Shown here one piece after another: positions 20,973-33,595 of a stretch of 64,000 bases of DNA. Numbering within the stretch: the stretch's first letter is position 1; each line of letters starts with the position of its first letter. The translations under genes were made by a program, and so were the position numbers. The notes under the pieces are model-generated. The model was not told the origin of the DNA, did no database searches, and worked only from the letters and a program-made list of their open reading frames with translations. This stretch comes from Polymyxa betae A26-41 (lineage: Eukaryota; Protista; Endomyxa: Phytomyxea): positions 1 through 64,000 of the forward strand of contig RBZT01000696.1 of the NCBI GenBank assembly GCA_003693705.1. Reading direction: 5' to 3'.

Positions 20973-23900
20973 TTAGAGTGGGTTGTAGAGCTGCACGAAA
21001 TGAGCGTTAGGATCGTGCCTCGACTTAAAGGCAATAGATAAGAAGATTTGCTCCAGTGTGGCTTCTCCAACGATAGCATCCTGAACAGGAATATCACGGC
21101 CGTGTTCGTGAACGAATGCGAACAAAGAAGCCAACGATTGCACTTCCGCTTTTGGAACCCAAAATCGCAGATGAGTTCCATCAGCTTCAACCAGAACGGC
21201 GCGAGGATACTTGTTTGTGAACCAGTTACGAATCACACCAACATGTTCTCGAGCGGTGGTGTTCAGATCAATTTGGTAATGATTACCAAATTTACGTGAG
21301 AGATGGCCGGCGCTTCCCAGACAGACGATCTCTCCGTTGACCATGATTGAGATACGATCACAGACAGCTTCGGCTTCATCCAGCTGATGAGTAGTCAAGA
21401 GCAGACAGCGGCTAGGATCGGCTTGGATTTCAGCGAACATTGCCCAAAAACGACGTCGACTGGCAGGATCCACACCGATCGAAGGCTCATCCATCAGCAC
21501 CACTTTGCGCTTGATCATGAGGGCCAGAGCGACACAGAGCTTACGCTTCATTCCGCCAGAATATGTTTCGCTTCGACGATCAGCTGCCTTGTCAAGACCA
21601 ACATTGAAAAGGATGTTGTCGACCAATTCAGATCGAATACTCTTCGGGACACCCTGTAAAACAAATTAAAAATATGCTAAAAGCTAGAGAAAGAAATCCA
21701 ATATCTTGATAAAGATTGAGCTTAGAAACTTGAAACAAAAATGCAAACTTACTGCTAATCGAGCGATAAACGCCAATTGCTGCCTTCCAGTCATCTTTCC
21801 AATAAGAATTTTGTCATGCTGAGGGACATAGCCAATATGTTGACGAGCCGCGAATTCGTCTTCGTTAACTTTGATGCCGGCAACCTTGACATAACCACGA
21901 GATGGAGCAGAGATTCCAAGCATGCACTGAATCGAACTCGTTTTTCCACTTCCATTGATACCGAGGAAAGCCAAAGACTGTCCACCGGGAACTCCCACAT
22001 TGGTTCCTCGAACAGCAACAGTTCTGTCGTAGGATTTCGCCAAATCCACAACCTGAATAACGTCATTTGCTCAAGACTTGATGCGGTTCGATTCCAACAG
22101 GACATCTTCGTCAGATACGCGCCCAATGTCCAGTCCAGTAATAGGGCTGCTAAAAGAAGCCAGACGATTTGGATGCAAACGATAATACTCAGCAACAACG
22201 GCGACAGCAAAGTAAATAACTCCCATCACGATGAAAAGAATAATCAAAGTAGACGGTGTTATTACATTGACACCGATACGTCGGAAAAAGAACAGGATAA
22301 TAGGATGAATTTGGCATGCTTGTACAGCGTATTTCAAGAAGGGCAGCTTTCCTGAGAACTGATCCACAAAATAAATAATCAAAACCGGGACCCAAGCGGC
22401 CTTGAAAGGACTTTTGGAATTTGAAGTCGATCGGATGCACGCCATGAACCCAACCATAGCAAACACCAGTGCTGAAACAACGCCGGGCGAAAACTCATCA
22501 GGGATTGGATGATCCGAGGATTGCCAGATTGACATAACGATGGCAAACGGGATGGCTGTTTGAAGCAGATTGAAGGCGATGATGGTAGCCCAATAGACGA
22601 AAGAATTCATTCCAAAAATATCCAATTGCAAGCGGATGTCAGATTGCTGTGGACATATCTGATCACAATTAACAAAACGTTAAAGTGCTTACAGTAAAAT
22701 GCGAAAGATTGGAGCACGCGTGGGGTGCACATACAAAAAACGACAGCACAATAGCAAGAACGAATAAATCCACACCTGACCACAAAGTAATCGCGGCGAG
22801 AAAAATCGGGAAAAACAGCGACAGATGATGACCGACATCCGAGCGGAAATAGTGCCAGATCAGAATTACAATGGAGATGAAATGAGTCCCAAGAGAAACA
22901 GGGACAGGAATATAGCTGGGAAGAGACTTCTGAATATCAAGGTCCTTACAAAGCTGCTCTTCATGCGCTTTTGTGATACTCAGGAATACGTCTTCTAATC
23001 GCGAAGGAACGAGTGCGTAATGTTGAATCTTGAGGTCAGATTTCTGAGCTTCAATCTCTTTAAGCAGTTTGGTCATCAAGGGGACATCCTAAAGAAGATT
23101 TTAATGGATGGAAGAGATCATATCCGATGCATCAATTACTTCGTTCGGGATTTGAAAAGATAAGTCGTGCCCATTATGTAAACGGAGAAGTTTGGCAATT
23201 GGAACCACATTGTTCACAAGATCCTTGACTTTAGATGGGTCGATATCGGATTGCTCAGCCAGCTTGAAGGAGATAAGATAACCGGAACCAAGATTATATT
23301 TCAAGAACATGGGAGATCCAAGACATTGCATTGATCCAGCAGACATGATCCCGATACGGTCTCCCAAAGCTTCGGCTTCGCTCATGCTATGGAAGTACAA
23401 TGTTATAACAGGATAACAATAAGCAAAACCCTAGCATTTCAATAGTGATAGCGATAACAATTGAATCGTTTCTGAAGCAAAAACAGATACATCATACTTG
23501 TGTGTTGTCATGATGATAGTTCGTCCTGGCCTTAATGTTCGGATGACAGACCAGAGCTCCAGAGACGATTCAATATCCATACCGGAAGAAGGTTCGTCCA
23601 GGATAACGGTCTTGTTTTCACCCGAAAAACTAGGAAGCAATCTGAGCGAAAAATGTCAAGGGATCAGAATCAAGCTAACGCTAGCGCGACGGAAAGCTTT
23701 CGTTTCTGCCCACCGGACAGATCCTTGGCCATGGAGTGCATTTTCTTCAGCATTCCCATCCTCTCCAACATCATTTCAGCATTGGAATTGACTTGCGCAG
23801 GGTGCTGGCCTCGGAGTCGTCCATACAGCTCCAGAATCTCCAGCGGCTTGAAATTGTCATAGAAAGCATCGAATTGAGGACAGATTCCAACAGAAGCACG

Positions 23901-25111
23901 GGCTTCTGTAGGATTTTTTGAACTATCGAACCCATTGACGATGATACGTCCATGGGTAACGGATTGAATACCAACAAGGCATTCAAGAAGTGTGGTTTTG
24001 CCAGCACCGTTTTGTCCTAACGGTAAAAAACTTTTAAGCAATGTGTGAATTTCATAGCGAAGAGGCTACCTAATAAGGCGAAAATCTCGCTCTCATAAAC
24101 GTTGAGAGAGAGATCCGCAACAGCGACAACGCTTCCGCCGTCAAACTCCTTGACGACATTTTCGATGGCAACACCAGCCGGGCGCTGCTTATCAGTAGAT
24201 TCGAAGCGCTTAGGATCAACAGCTGTCGTAACGATACGAGTGGGATTAGCCTTGACACTCTTCTTGAGGAAGAAATTCCACTGTCGAGACGATCCATGCT
24301 GCGATTTGATGATTTGATGAAGATACATGCCCAATGATAGATAGACAGGAATTTGGAAGAGAGGAATTAGGAACAGTCTGACAGGGAAATAACCAATCCC
24401 TGATTCGTACATTGGAGTAGTATTGTAGGCAATCAAACCGGCAGGATGCAGATATTGCATTACCAAGGCAACACTGTCAAGGAAATCTTCAATATCGGAA
24501 GAGAGTTGAACGCCATTCATCTTAAGGATATAAGTGATTACAACCGGCAGAGCAGGTGTAAACCATGCGAACGACACAAAAAATCGAGCGATTTTGCTGT
24601 TATCGAAAAACGCACATTGAGCATAAGCGACAGCAGCCGCCGAGATTAACGCGAAAAAATAGATTATGACCGTCATTGGACAATCATTCGCGATTTCCAA
24701 AGGCTGCATCTGCTCCATAATTTACAAAGCAGTGATTACTGGAAGAATTAACCACTCAGCAACAATCCTGCAATAGTGCAGCAAATAGGAGAACGCGTAC
24801 TGAACCTCCCCAACACCTTGAATGCGGAAATGTTCCCGGATCTTGCTTGTTTTATCGAGCATAACTCGAGAAACTACTTCGTCCATCAGCAAGATAAAAG
24901 GAAGCGATATCAATATAAAAACTAACAGAAATCCGAGTAAAGTAAAGCCGTCGTTAAATGCAGTAGCAAATACCGCGGTCGTGAAATAAACTGCTCCTGC
25001 CAAAACGCAATTGCTAAGCAATGCCTTGAAAATAAACATGCCCATCGAGCGCTTGGTTTGGATCCAGTTCTTCCAAAGAAGAGCGGAAACCTGGCTCCTG
25101 ACTAGCGACAT
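20973..25111 (-). CDS. ABCA-subfamily full transporter (TMD-NBD-TMD-NBD), multi-exon
   Basis: N-terminus QVSALLWKNWIQTKR. NBD1: LLGQNGAGKTT, GICPQFD, LSGGQKRKLSVALA, ILDEPSSGMD. NBD2: LGINGSGKTS, IGYVPQHD, YSGGMKRKL, LMDEPSIGVD, LTTHQLDEAEAVCDRI. C-terminus TLEQIFL. Confidence 0.93.
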
Positions 25112-25367
25112 CGTGAGAGCGTCGCAGAAGAGCCTCGTTCGTGCTCAGATATAAAGAGAGTGCGAGTCTTGCAAGATCTTGGAGAGAGAGAGAGAGACAA
25201 TGCAAAGGGTACCTTCATACTTACTGTATAGAGGGTACCGCAGCAGACAACATTGGCAGTCCAAATTTTACGCAGAAGCGTTTGCGCGACAGGGCCTGAC
25301 TTGAAAGATTCTTGTAGGAATAAGCATTAGGGGATATCAAAGTTGGCTTCTCGCAAAAAAATTAAAG

Positions 25368-25393
25368 NNNNNNNNNNNNNNNNNNNNNNNNNN
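25368..25393. other. Assembly gap (N run)
   Basis: Run of N. Confidence 1.
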
Positions 25394-26562
25394 CGGAATG
25401 CGCAAGTTTGATACCCCCTATTGGAAGAGTTGGATTAAATCAAAGATGAATTTGAATCAGATTCTCATTACACTCCCAATGTTCCGAAATATTCGATCCA
25501 AAATATGCCCAAGAGTTGGCGACGAGCCAAATGTGTCGACTGTCGAGAACATTCATCAATTCGACCGGCTGGCTCATGATAGTTCTGTGCAGCTCAAATG
25601 TACTTCGTGATATGGGTCATGGTACTCATGCAGATGAAATAAAGTCCCGAATGTAATGTACGTTTACATATGTTATAATCATGAATGGGACCCTTGTTAG
25701 ATCCGCTCTATCTGGTAGTCTAATCGATACGCATCTCAGTTCGTTATATTATCAATCTTTGAATTTTCTAAGCTGCTATCGAGCTTAGATTACAAAACCC
25801 AAGCGTTAGGATGCTTTGGTTCGTCAGGCATGCTCAGCTGATGTTTGGCGCTGCAGCTAAATAGACGAGTTCTTGTCTACTATACCATCTCTCTTTCGAA
25901 GAGACTCGTTTAGAGGTTATGAAATATTGAACCGTCTCTGCTTTCGAACTCATCAAAAAACACACTTAGCCTGTTGAAGGAATGACTTGAGTGTGTGGTT
26001 TCCAAGTTTCAAATCTGAGTTGATGAAATGACTTTCAAGAAACTCTGTATTTTTATAAATAAATTAATCGCGCTGTCGTCTGTTGGTTGCTGGCTGATCT
26101 GCTTGATCCGTCTCTCTCGTCGGTCATGTCTCACAAACGATGGACACAGACAATTAGAACACAATATAAGAGTATTTTATATATTAGGTCGCAAAACATC
26201 ACGACAGATAAATATGAACTCTCCTAGCCTTCACAGTTAAAAGAACTGCGAAAGAAAGTTCCAGCAACTACAGAGCCGACCATAGCCAACTGACTCGCTA
26301 TCGCGATACTGGTGGCACTGGAAGATGACTCGGACACCAAACTATTCGCACATTCAACATCGTCATCACTTTCAAGTTGGCAAACGGCGGTCAAGCGGAA
26401 TTGAGTTACGCTTTTACTTATGAAAAAATGATCAGAAAAAGGCACAGAAAAAGGACAGGACAGAAGAGGGCGGCGCAAACGTCGCTTAATAGAAGCGAAA
26501 CTTGCGAACAGGTGGTGCTGGGCCGCAGCTATTCAAGCTGCTGTGGCGGGAGCAGCCTTTAA

Positions 26563-26735
26563 ATCGGGCTGTGCATGAGCGGCCTTTCATCNNNNNNNNN
26601 NNNNNNNNNNNNNNNNNNNNNNNNNNNNNNNNNNNNNNNNNNNNNNNNNNNNNNNNNNNNNNNNNNNNNNNNNNNNNNNNNNNNNNNNNNNNNNNNNNNN
26701 NNNNNNNNATCGGGCTGTGCATGAGCGGCCTCTTC
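26563..26735. repeat. 26-bp tandem repeat spanning the N gap 26592-26708
   Basis: The unit ATCGGGCTGTGCATGAGCGGCCT(T/C)T occurs on both sides of the gap. Confidence 0.75.
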
Positions 26736-26799
26736 GTCTCCTACAGTTCTTCACTTTTCAGACTTCAGGAGGCTTCGCAGGTGTGGCCTCTTCATGTTG

Positions 26800-27700
26800 G
26801 CGGTAAGCTATCAGTCAAAAGAACTATTCGACCTCAAGAACTCGCATATAATGAATATATGAGGACAAACACAGGATGGTTTCGCACAACGCCAATACCT
26901 CTCCTGCATGAAATAGCCAACGTTCATTTATCTCTTTATAAAATCATTACGGATTCTCCACTAACAGTTCTCAAAGCTGAAGCCCAGGGAAACCTCGTTC
27001 CGGATGCAAGGCTGATTGGATTGATGGACCCCATTCGGGAAGACTATCCGTGGAATAAAGAGCGAACAATTATGACTTCAAAATCCACCCACTGGCAAAA
27101 AAATCCGCATGAAATGTTGGCGAAATCTCCACCTAAGCAATCGCAAAGCTAACTTTAAAAAACTTAGGAACGGCCAACTGATACCCACACACCCAGATAT
27201 AGCCGTATGGACAAACGGCAGCCTATTTCGAATAGACGATGAGACTATGGCAGGGGCAGCAGCAATTGTCCATATCTCAGACCCGGATCCTCACTGCGCA
27301 ATATCCGAACTACGTATCCAAACAGAACTATGTAACATCCCGTTATGCATCTGAGATGATCGCCATACAGGCGGGATTGGAGAGTATTCTTTCTCTAGCT
27401 CGCTCTCAGCGACATCTTCATGTCTTTACAGACTCCTTATTCATGCTTACAGCAGCTTCATACAATACCATGCAAATATTTCTTCACAAAATCAGTAGTT
27501 AATGACGTAGCCGAGAAGCTTGCTGACCTCCATACAGTGGAACTGCATTATATTCCCAGTGACTCTGGGGAAATCCAGGAAAGTTGTCAAATAGATGACC
27601 TTGCAAATTGCAAAAAATGCTGCATCGACTGGAGACGATGTCGATCATGACCCGCTGATTTCGCCTAATAGTTGAGGCTAAAGACAACAGAGAAGAAAAA
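26800..27700 (+). mobile_element. Degenerate non-LTR (LINE) ORF2 fragment with RNase H
   Basis: YMRTNTGWFRTTPIPLL (post-RT motif) and the RNase H motifs IAVWTNGS, YASEMIAI, LHVFTDS and LHYIPSDSG...IDDLA, spread over frameshifted frames. Confidence 0.85.
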
Positions 27701-27851
27701 TCTTCGGACATACTCAGGCCAGGTTTAAATTTGGTAATTACCAAAACTAAAAAAAATAAGTTTTCCCTAAAAATCGACATTTATTGGTGAAAAAAAAGAA
27801 AAACTGCTGCCAATCGGCCTACTTCATCTTCTGGACAATTATTCAAACTGC

Positions 27852-28560
27852 TTAGCTTGCATGATGCCTTCTAAAAAGAGGCTGGAGAGTCTCGCGAATC
27901 GCGATGCTCATTTTATATTTCTCCCATCCAAACACCGAGAAATCCGATTCAACGGAGGAAGTGTTTGGGAAAACGGCGAGAAGGGCCCCCGCAAATGATC
28001 GAAGAAAGGGAAATCTTCCTTTCACGAAGTCCCAATTATTCTCAAAAGACAAATCGCTGCTTTCATCTTGAGCACTTTTCACTGTCGATTCGGTTTGATA
28101 AATTTTAAAAAGCTCTATCTGCTCCGAGGTATTCTGACTCAACACTTTTAAAGACGCAAATATTTGTAACGAATTGCTCGCAATTACCATTTTGAAGGAC
28201 TGCCATCGTTGCAGCAAAGGTGAAAACCTCTTCCGCAGAGCTTACCTAGATATTCAGGGAAGACTGATGGAGATTTTTCTTCGACTGGCCAGTTCTGAGA
28301 ATCTCGCAAGTTGGAATGTATTTGAGTTTAGGGTTTAGGGTTCTAGGGTTTAGATTCACCGTGAACTCCCTATATACCTCTCAGTCCCTAATCTCCAAGT
28401 CCGTCGCGGCGTTCCAGCTCCAATGCTGGATCCGACACTGCGAATAAAATCAGTCGTGTTGCCCTCTCTCCTCTCTTGTCTCCTCGTAGATCCATCACAT
28501 AACATCGCAATATACAGATTCGGCTAAAGTTTTATTAAAATTTTGTGTGAATTTTGGCAA
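27852..28560 (-). mobile_element. hAT-like transposase C-terminal (dimerisation) remnant, interrupted by a solo LTR
   Basis: RFPFLRSFAGALLAVFPNTSSVESDFSVFGWEK. Removing the LTR restores the in-frame reading SRICILRDSQNWPVEEKSPSVFPEYLGKL. Confidence 0.75.
28309..28504 (+). mobile_element. Solo LTR (196 bp) containing telomere-like repeats
   Basis: 5-bp TSD TCGCA at 28304-28308 and 28505-28509. Termini AGTTGG...TAACA (consensus TGTT...AACA). Internal TATATA and AATAAA in LTR order. Confidence 0.75.
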
Positions 28561-29244
28561 CTTTTAAATTTTATTTTGCTTAATTTGGTATCTAGAAATA
28601 GATTACCAAATTTAAATTGGCCTGGACATACTGCATTGTTGAACAGAGCAAATTTGGCAACAATCCCGACGGAAGAGAAACGGTTATTTTATGTCTGACA
28701 CATCTGCCTATGGCTTGATTGATTATAGCCTCATCAATTAAAGATTTGACTGACCAAAAGTCTTCGCTGTTAAGCTTACGCTTCGAAGGCTTTTTGAGTT
28801 AGCATCAGAAGGAATCATTATGTAAAAAAACGTCCAATAATCGCAATGAACTTATCAAAATCGATGAAAATGTGCAAAAGACGGAATGTCAGGTTTTTCA
28901 AAAAACAACACTCAGCGTACTCTTAACCAAAAAAATTTAAGATCAATTGTCACTGTTGGTCAGAACAAAAATGTTAGGTAAAATGGGCACAAAAAGAAAT
29001 TCATTACTACCATTGATCGCAATCCATTTTTAAGAGCAACTCAAGGGGCTTTCGTTTGTCGAATGGTTCAAAAAAAAAATGTGGATCTGTTATAGAGCCG
29101 ACATCTGGAATAAAAATAATCAATTAATTACTCAACCACAAGGGAACCTTGGTCAAAATTAAGGTAATCCCAAAGGCGAGAACCCGTCATACCAGTGGGA
29201 ATCCCCTTCTTCATCTACTATAAACCAAAAATAAGATAGAAAGT

Positions 29245-29316
29245 GCCTCCATAGCACAGTGGTAGTGCGCCCGCTTCGTAAGCGGTAGGTCGCAGGTTCG
29301 ATCCCTGCTGGGGGCA
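29245..29316 (+). tRNA. tRNA-Thr(CGT)
   Basis: Acceptor GCCTCCA/TGGGGGC+A, D stem GCAC/GTGC, anticodon loop TTCGTAA, T arm GCAGG-TTCGATC-CCTGC. Confidence 0.93.
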
Positions 29317-29810
29317 AAAATCCAAGTTCAAGGATTTTTTGATTTTTTTTTTTGCAATTGGGCATCGCTGTTGCAACGAGAGGCCCACATACCTTTTTGC
29401 ATGAGGCTCTTTCTGACCATCGTCACCTGCCATGAAGACGAGACCGAGGCTGTCTCATGGATCCAGCTCGAAAGCCAACCGTCATCGACAATTGCGTTTT
29501 GGTTCTTTTTCATGGCTGTTACATTCTTCAGGATATCTGACGCTAAGACTCACCAAATCAACGTTAAGCTCCTACTCTGAGCAGGCTCAGCCGTTCAAAA
29601 TGAACAAAATGTTGGACTAGGTTGGCCCTAGGGTTTGTTCACAGTGAGGGCTGCCGCTGGACGACCCAAAGGTCACCACTGTCTTACTGTGGATCCGTTC
29701 CGAAAGCCCGCGGACTTGTTGGATGGCACTGAGGCCCCGATGGGATCAATCAACAGTTGGTCAATCATTGTCAATCTGATTGCCCGCTCGCCTGCCTCAG
29801 TCTCCCTATC

Positions 29811-30632
29811 ATGTCCGCCCGTACCTTCGTCGCGCTTGCTCTGCTTTCGCTCAGCCGCGCCATCGCCATCGCTCAGGAGACTCCCGACGCCTATCTGTCC
29901 GAGAATCTCGCCAACACATCGGTCAGGTTCGGGCCTCACAGCCTCATCCGCCAGGCGATCCTCAACCACGTCCACCAATCCTTTCATAACAGCGGCCTCG
30001 TCCTCACCATCCTCTCGGACCTCGCGTCGTTCGCTCGCTTCTTCCTACTTTTCGAAAGTGAAGAGCGGTGGTTGCCGCCGTGCTTCCCCATCGCGAATCC
30101 GGAACGCCTTTCGCTTGTGTTCCAGCAGAGTCTGGACGAGATCGTGACTACTCTGTCGAGGCCGCACCTGGACTCCTTTCTGGCCACGTTCCTGGGAAAG
30201 CGCCAGTTCCTGTCGCAGGGCAGCCTGTTCGACGCCACCCGGATTCAGATTCAAGAGTTCGCGCTGCTCCGTCAAAACGTGGACTTTCTGCTACGGACGC
30301 TGCCACTAAAGCTCAGCTTTGGTTTCACCCAACCTCTTCAGCGAAGTCGAATAAGGCAGGTCAAGTACAAGCTTGTAGAGCTCGAGGAAAAATGGAAACA
30401 ATTGTCAAGGCGATTCAGCAGTTTGGTGACGATCATATACGACACCGAGCTCTCGGATGTTTGGAAAGAGGACGTGAAGTCTTTCAAGAAGTGTCTGGTG
30501 GAGACATTGTGGGAGTTTGTTGTGTTGGTACAGCGGCTGAAGGCGCTGCCACAGAATATGCGGGAGACTTTTCTGCCGACAGTTGCTGGTTCGCCTGTCA
30601 CTGAAACCCCAAAACCCGAACCCTTGTTGTAA
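29811..30632 (+). CDS. Secreted helical protein of unknown function, 273 aa (candidate effector)
   Basis: Leader MSARTFVALALLSLSRAIAIAQ, intronless, with AATAAA just downstream. Confidence 0.75.
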   Translation: MSARTFVALALLSLSRAIAIAQETPDAYLSENLANTSVRFGPHSLIRQAILNHVHQSFHNSGLVLTILSDLASFARFFLLFESEERWLPPCFPIANPERLSLVFQQSLDEIVTTLSRPHLDSFLATFLGKRQFLSQGSLFDATRIQIQEFALLRQNVDFLLRTLPLKLSFGFTQPLQRSRIRQVKYKLVELEEKWKQLSRRFSSLVTIIYDTELSDVWKEDVKSFKKCLVETLWEFVVLVQRLKALPQNMRETFLPTVAGSPVTETPKPEPLL

Positions 30633-31350
30633 ATGTTTACTGAATCAATAAATGTCTTCGCCTGCTGTCCCAACACGATACGACAAAACCCTAACCCTGT
30701 TAATATGTAACTGCCCATCTCTTTCATTAGTCGTAGCATCGCACTGGGCGGAAGCCCCCCATGTAGTATAGTCCGGTCTTCATCACTCAGGAATTCGTCA
30801 GGCCAAAAACAGCCTCCAGCTCGTTGTTTTGAGCGATGTCACAATTTATTTATAACTTCACACAGATGGTTCTAAATGCATGACTACGCCTTAGCTTAGC
30901 TTTGCCTGGACGCAATTAGAGATGCTCTAACTGTTGATCATGGAAAACAAACATGAATCGTAATTCTTCCTGGAATCTTCATGATGACGCTTCGGGGCCA
31001 GTACGACCACCACACGCTTCCAGCCACCAACTCTGTAGAGCACACCAGGCTTGGAATCCGCTGGCAGTCTGGAGTCATAAGCGATATGAGAGAGCCAGAT
31101 CTAGAAGTTAGCAGCATTCCATATTGTATAAATGCTGCAGTCTCCAGCAGAACCCTAAAACCCTTGAGAACCCTAAAACCCTTGGGTTTGTTCAAACTGC
31201 CACACGGCGAAATTTTGCAATGAGAGTTATATATTGCGGGTCCATATTAATAAATGATGCTGTCGCGGTCTTGATGGGTATTCCATCGGAAGCTGTAGAT
31301 AGAGGCACATCTTGTGTCGGATAAATAAACAATCATTGTGATATTGGCTT

Positions 31351-31812
31351 TCACCGGTTGAGAGGTTGACGATTGCGCGGCGAGAGAGTCTTCCGGGCCA
31401 TTTTCTGGAACTGCAGATCAAGCTGGGCGATCGCTTTCCGGCTGCGGCGTTTGCGTCCGGGCTGCTGACGGTTCGTCTGGTCGCAGAGTCCGGCGGTCGC
31501 CGCCGCCCGACGATCCAGTATGACGCATAAATTCTCCAGGAACTGGACCGGATTATCCGGGCCCAGATTCGCGATCTGATCGGGACGCGGGGGCGGCGCC
31601 GGACACCGCAGCTGGGCCAGGATGGAGGCGGCGCGCAAGGCCGGGTCGCCGGGCGCCACCAGGGCCAGCAGGAGGTCGGCGACGGCGCCGGAGTCCGAGA
31701 CGCGGGAGCGGACTTCGCCCAGAGCCCGGACCAGGGCCGCGTCCTCGCTGCCCCACATGCACTTAATGTGGAGGGCAGACAGGGAGGACACGATCCGAGG
31801 CCGCGCCGTCAC
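31351..31812 (-). CDS. Hypothetical GC-rich protein with basic NLS-like tail
   Basis: 153-aa ORF with high GC3 and PGRKRRSRK. Confidence 0.55.
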   Translation of the reverse strand: MTARPRIVSSLSALHIKCMWGSEDAALVRALGEVRSRVSDSGAVADLLLALVAPGDPALRAASILAQLRCPAPPPRPDQIANLGPDNPVQFLENLCVILDRRAAATAGLCDQTNRQQPGRKRRSRKAIAQLDLQFQKMARKTLSPRNRQPLNR

Positions 31813-32438
31813 ATGACGGTCGTCACAGAGAGGCGGGTCGCGCCCTGTCTGAGAGTGGCCCTCTGACTGAAGCCAACAGTGTGAATAACGTTGCTCACAT
31901 TTGCAGATGCTTCCAGATCAGCGTGAATTGAAGTCTCAGGACATCGAAACATATCGTTTGGCGATCTTTCTCCATACACCAATTTCAAGCGAGTCTTTGC
32001 CCGAGATGACGAACCGATTTCAGGTGCGAGAATTTATCCACCCAGGTGTTGAATAGATCATCTCATCGTCTTTGATGGTTCGCGTTGATATCCGGTCAGC
32101 ATGGCTTCCAGATGCCTAACGCAAGATGGTGGCAAACTGCCCATCCCGATTACCTTTACCGAACGTGACCATCCTGGCGAACTTGCTTGGCTTGGTTTGA
32201 AGGACTTCGGCTTCCAAATCTTTCCCGATGGCGTTCGTACAGCCGTGTAATGTCTTCGGCAGGTTATAGGCTCGAGCGAAGAGCAGGGAATAGAGATGGT
32301 TGAGATCGGCTTCCGACTCCCGCCCTCAAAGAACGCCACGCAGTGGCCTGTTGCCAAGACTGTCGGAAGCCATAGCAAGCTTCAGCGCTAACCAATCTGT
32401 GTATGCCACTTCTAATAAATGGCGACCTCAGATTGCAT

Positions 32439-32511
32439 CCGCGTGTACGTCAGAGGTTAGACTGCCAAGCTTCTAACTTGGAGGTCGGGGGTTCGACTCC
32501 CTCCTCGCGGG
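32439..32511 (+). tRNA. tRNA-Arg(TCT), intronless
   Basis: Anticodon arm CCAAG-CTTCTAA-CTTGG, T arm GGGGG-TTCGACT-CCCTC, oligo-T downstream. T6:T67 and C10:T25 are mismatched. Confidence 0.88.
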
Positions 32512-32658
32512 CTGTCTTTTTTTCCCGATCGAAACTCTTCTCACTCACCGAGCCATTCCCCAGGTACTGCTCGTTGTTAATTCGAGATGACTGAGGGGTA
32601 GGTGAAACCCTAACCCTGGTTTTGTGTTTATGAAAACCAACACCACATCTGATTGTTG

Positions 32659-32871
32659 TCAGAACTGGCTGCGACCCTTCATAGCTCCTTTGGCAGAGAC
32701 CAACTGCAGTCGTGTCAAACGCAGCTGCAACATGCGCAACGTCGCCTGAATCGAGGCCTGCGTCTGCTGCTCCCAGTCGGCCAGATCCCGGTTGATCGCG
32801 TCGATCTCGGCCTGCAGCGTCATTGGTCCGTAGCGGCAGCGGGCGGCGTATCGGCCCTCGACCAGATCCAT
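32659..32871 (-). CDS. Small coiled-coil hypothetical protein
   Basis: 70-aa GC-rich ORF with heptad-like LQAEIDAINRDLADWEQQ. Confidence 0.45.
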   Translation of the reverse strand: MDLVEGRYAARCRYGPMTLQAEIDAINRDLADWEQQTQASIQATLRMLQLRLTRLQLVSAKGAMKGRSQF

Positions 32872-33093
32872 CTCCTCAATAATCGAATTGATGAATGATC
32901 AGCCACGTCTGGTGCGGAATTCGTTCGCCGGGGCGCAACCTCGACCGAGAGTCGCCGGTCGGTCGTACTGCCCCCCCCCCTTTGACCATTCCCTGTGACC
33001 ATCAGGCGGTGATCGGAACATGGAGGAGGCGTTCGTCAGTTCGGTCGGCGGACGAATCCGCCATCAGTTTCCCATCGACCTGTGGCCGGCGGC

Positions 33094-33297
33094 ATGGATA
33101 GGAATGACGCCGACGACGCCAGGATCGGGACCAGTACGACGACGACCGAGTTGCCGCCGACGCCGCAGCCGCCGGCGCTGGATTGCGCCCGGCTTCTTCT
33201 GACTCGACGCCGCCGCTTAATGAACGCGATCATCGCCGCCTTACGACCGGATCGGGGTCGCCCACCGGTTGCCGACGAATTAAACCCTAAACCCTAG
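33094..33297 (+). CDS. Small hypothetical protein
   Basis: GC-rich ORF MDRNDADD...LNPKP, whose stop lies inside AAACCCTAAACCCTAG. Confidence 0.4.
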   Translation: MDRNDADDARIGTSTTTTELPPTPQPPALDCARLLLTRRRRLMNAIIAALRPDRGRPPVADELNPKP

Positions 33298-33595
33298 CAC
33301 CAGTGCCATCCATGTCTAATACAGACTGAGTCATCCAATGATAGTTGATGAGAATATGTAAGTAGAGATTATTAAGGAATCTGTCATATATGGCTTAAAT
33401 CTGTATTAAATAGGCGCTTAACTGCACTGGCATGCGTCGTACCGTTCCGCGTCATCCACGATGACGTAACGTTAACGATTCGCTTAGTCCGACTGTCAGC
33501 CATTAGCACTTCATTGACCCCGATAATTTGTCGTGCGAAACTTTCAAAAATTCGGAAATTTTCAAGAAATAAACCAGAAAACGAGCAATGAAATC

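Noticed and set aside
25217-25260. ATACTTAC resembling the U1 snRNA 5' end
   Set aside because: Lacks the following CTGG and any U1 stem-loops or Sm site.
26122-26137. 16-mer GGTCATGTCTCACAAA also at 44920
   Set aside because: One such match is near chance expectation in 64 kb, and the flanks do not extend it.
29510-29620. Ankyrin-like scrap HQINVKLLL*AGSAV
   Set aside because: Too short and stop-interrupted to support a call.
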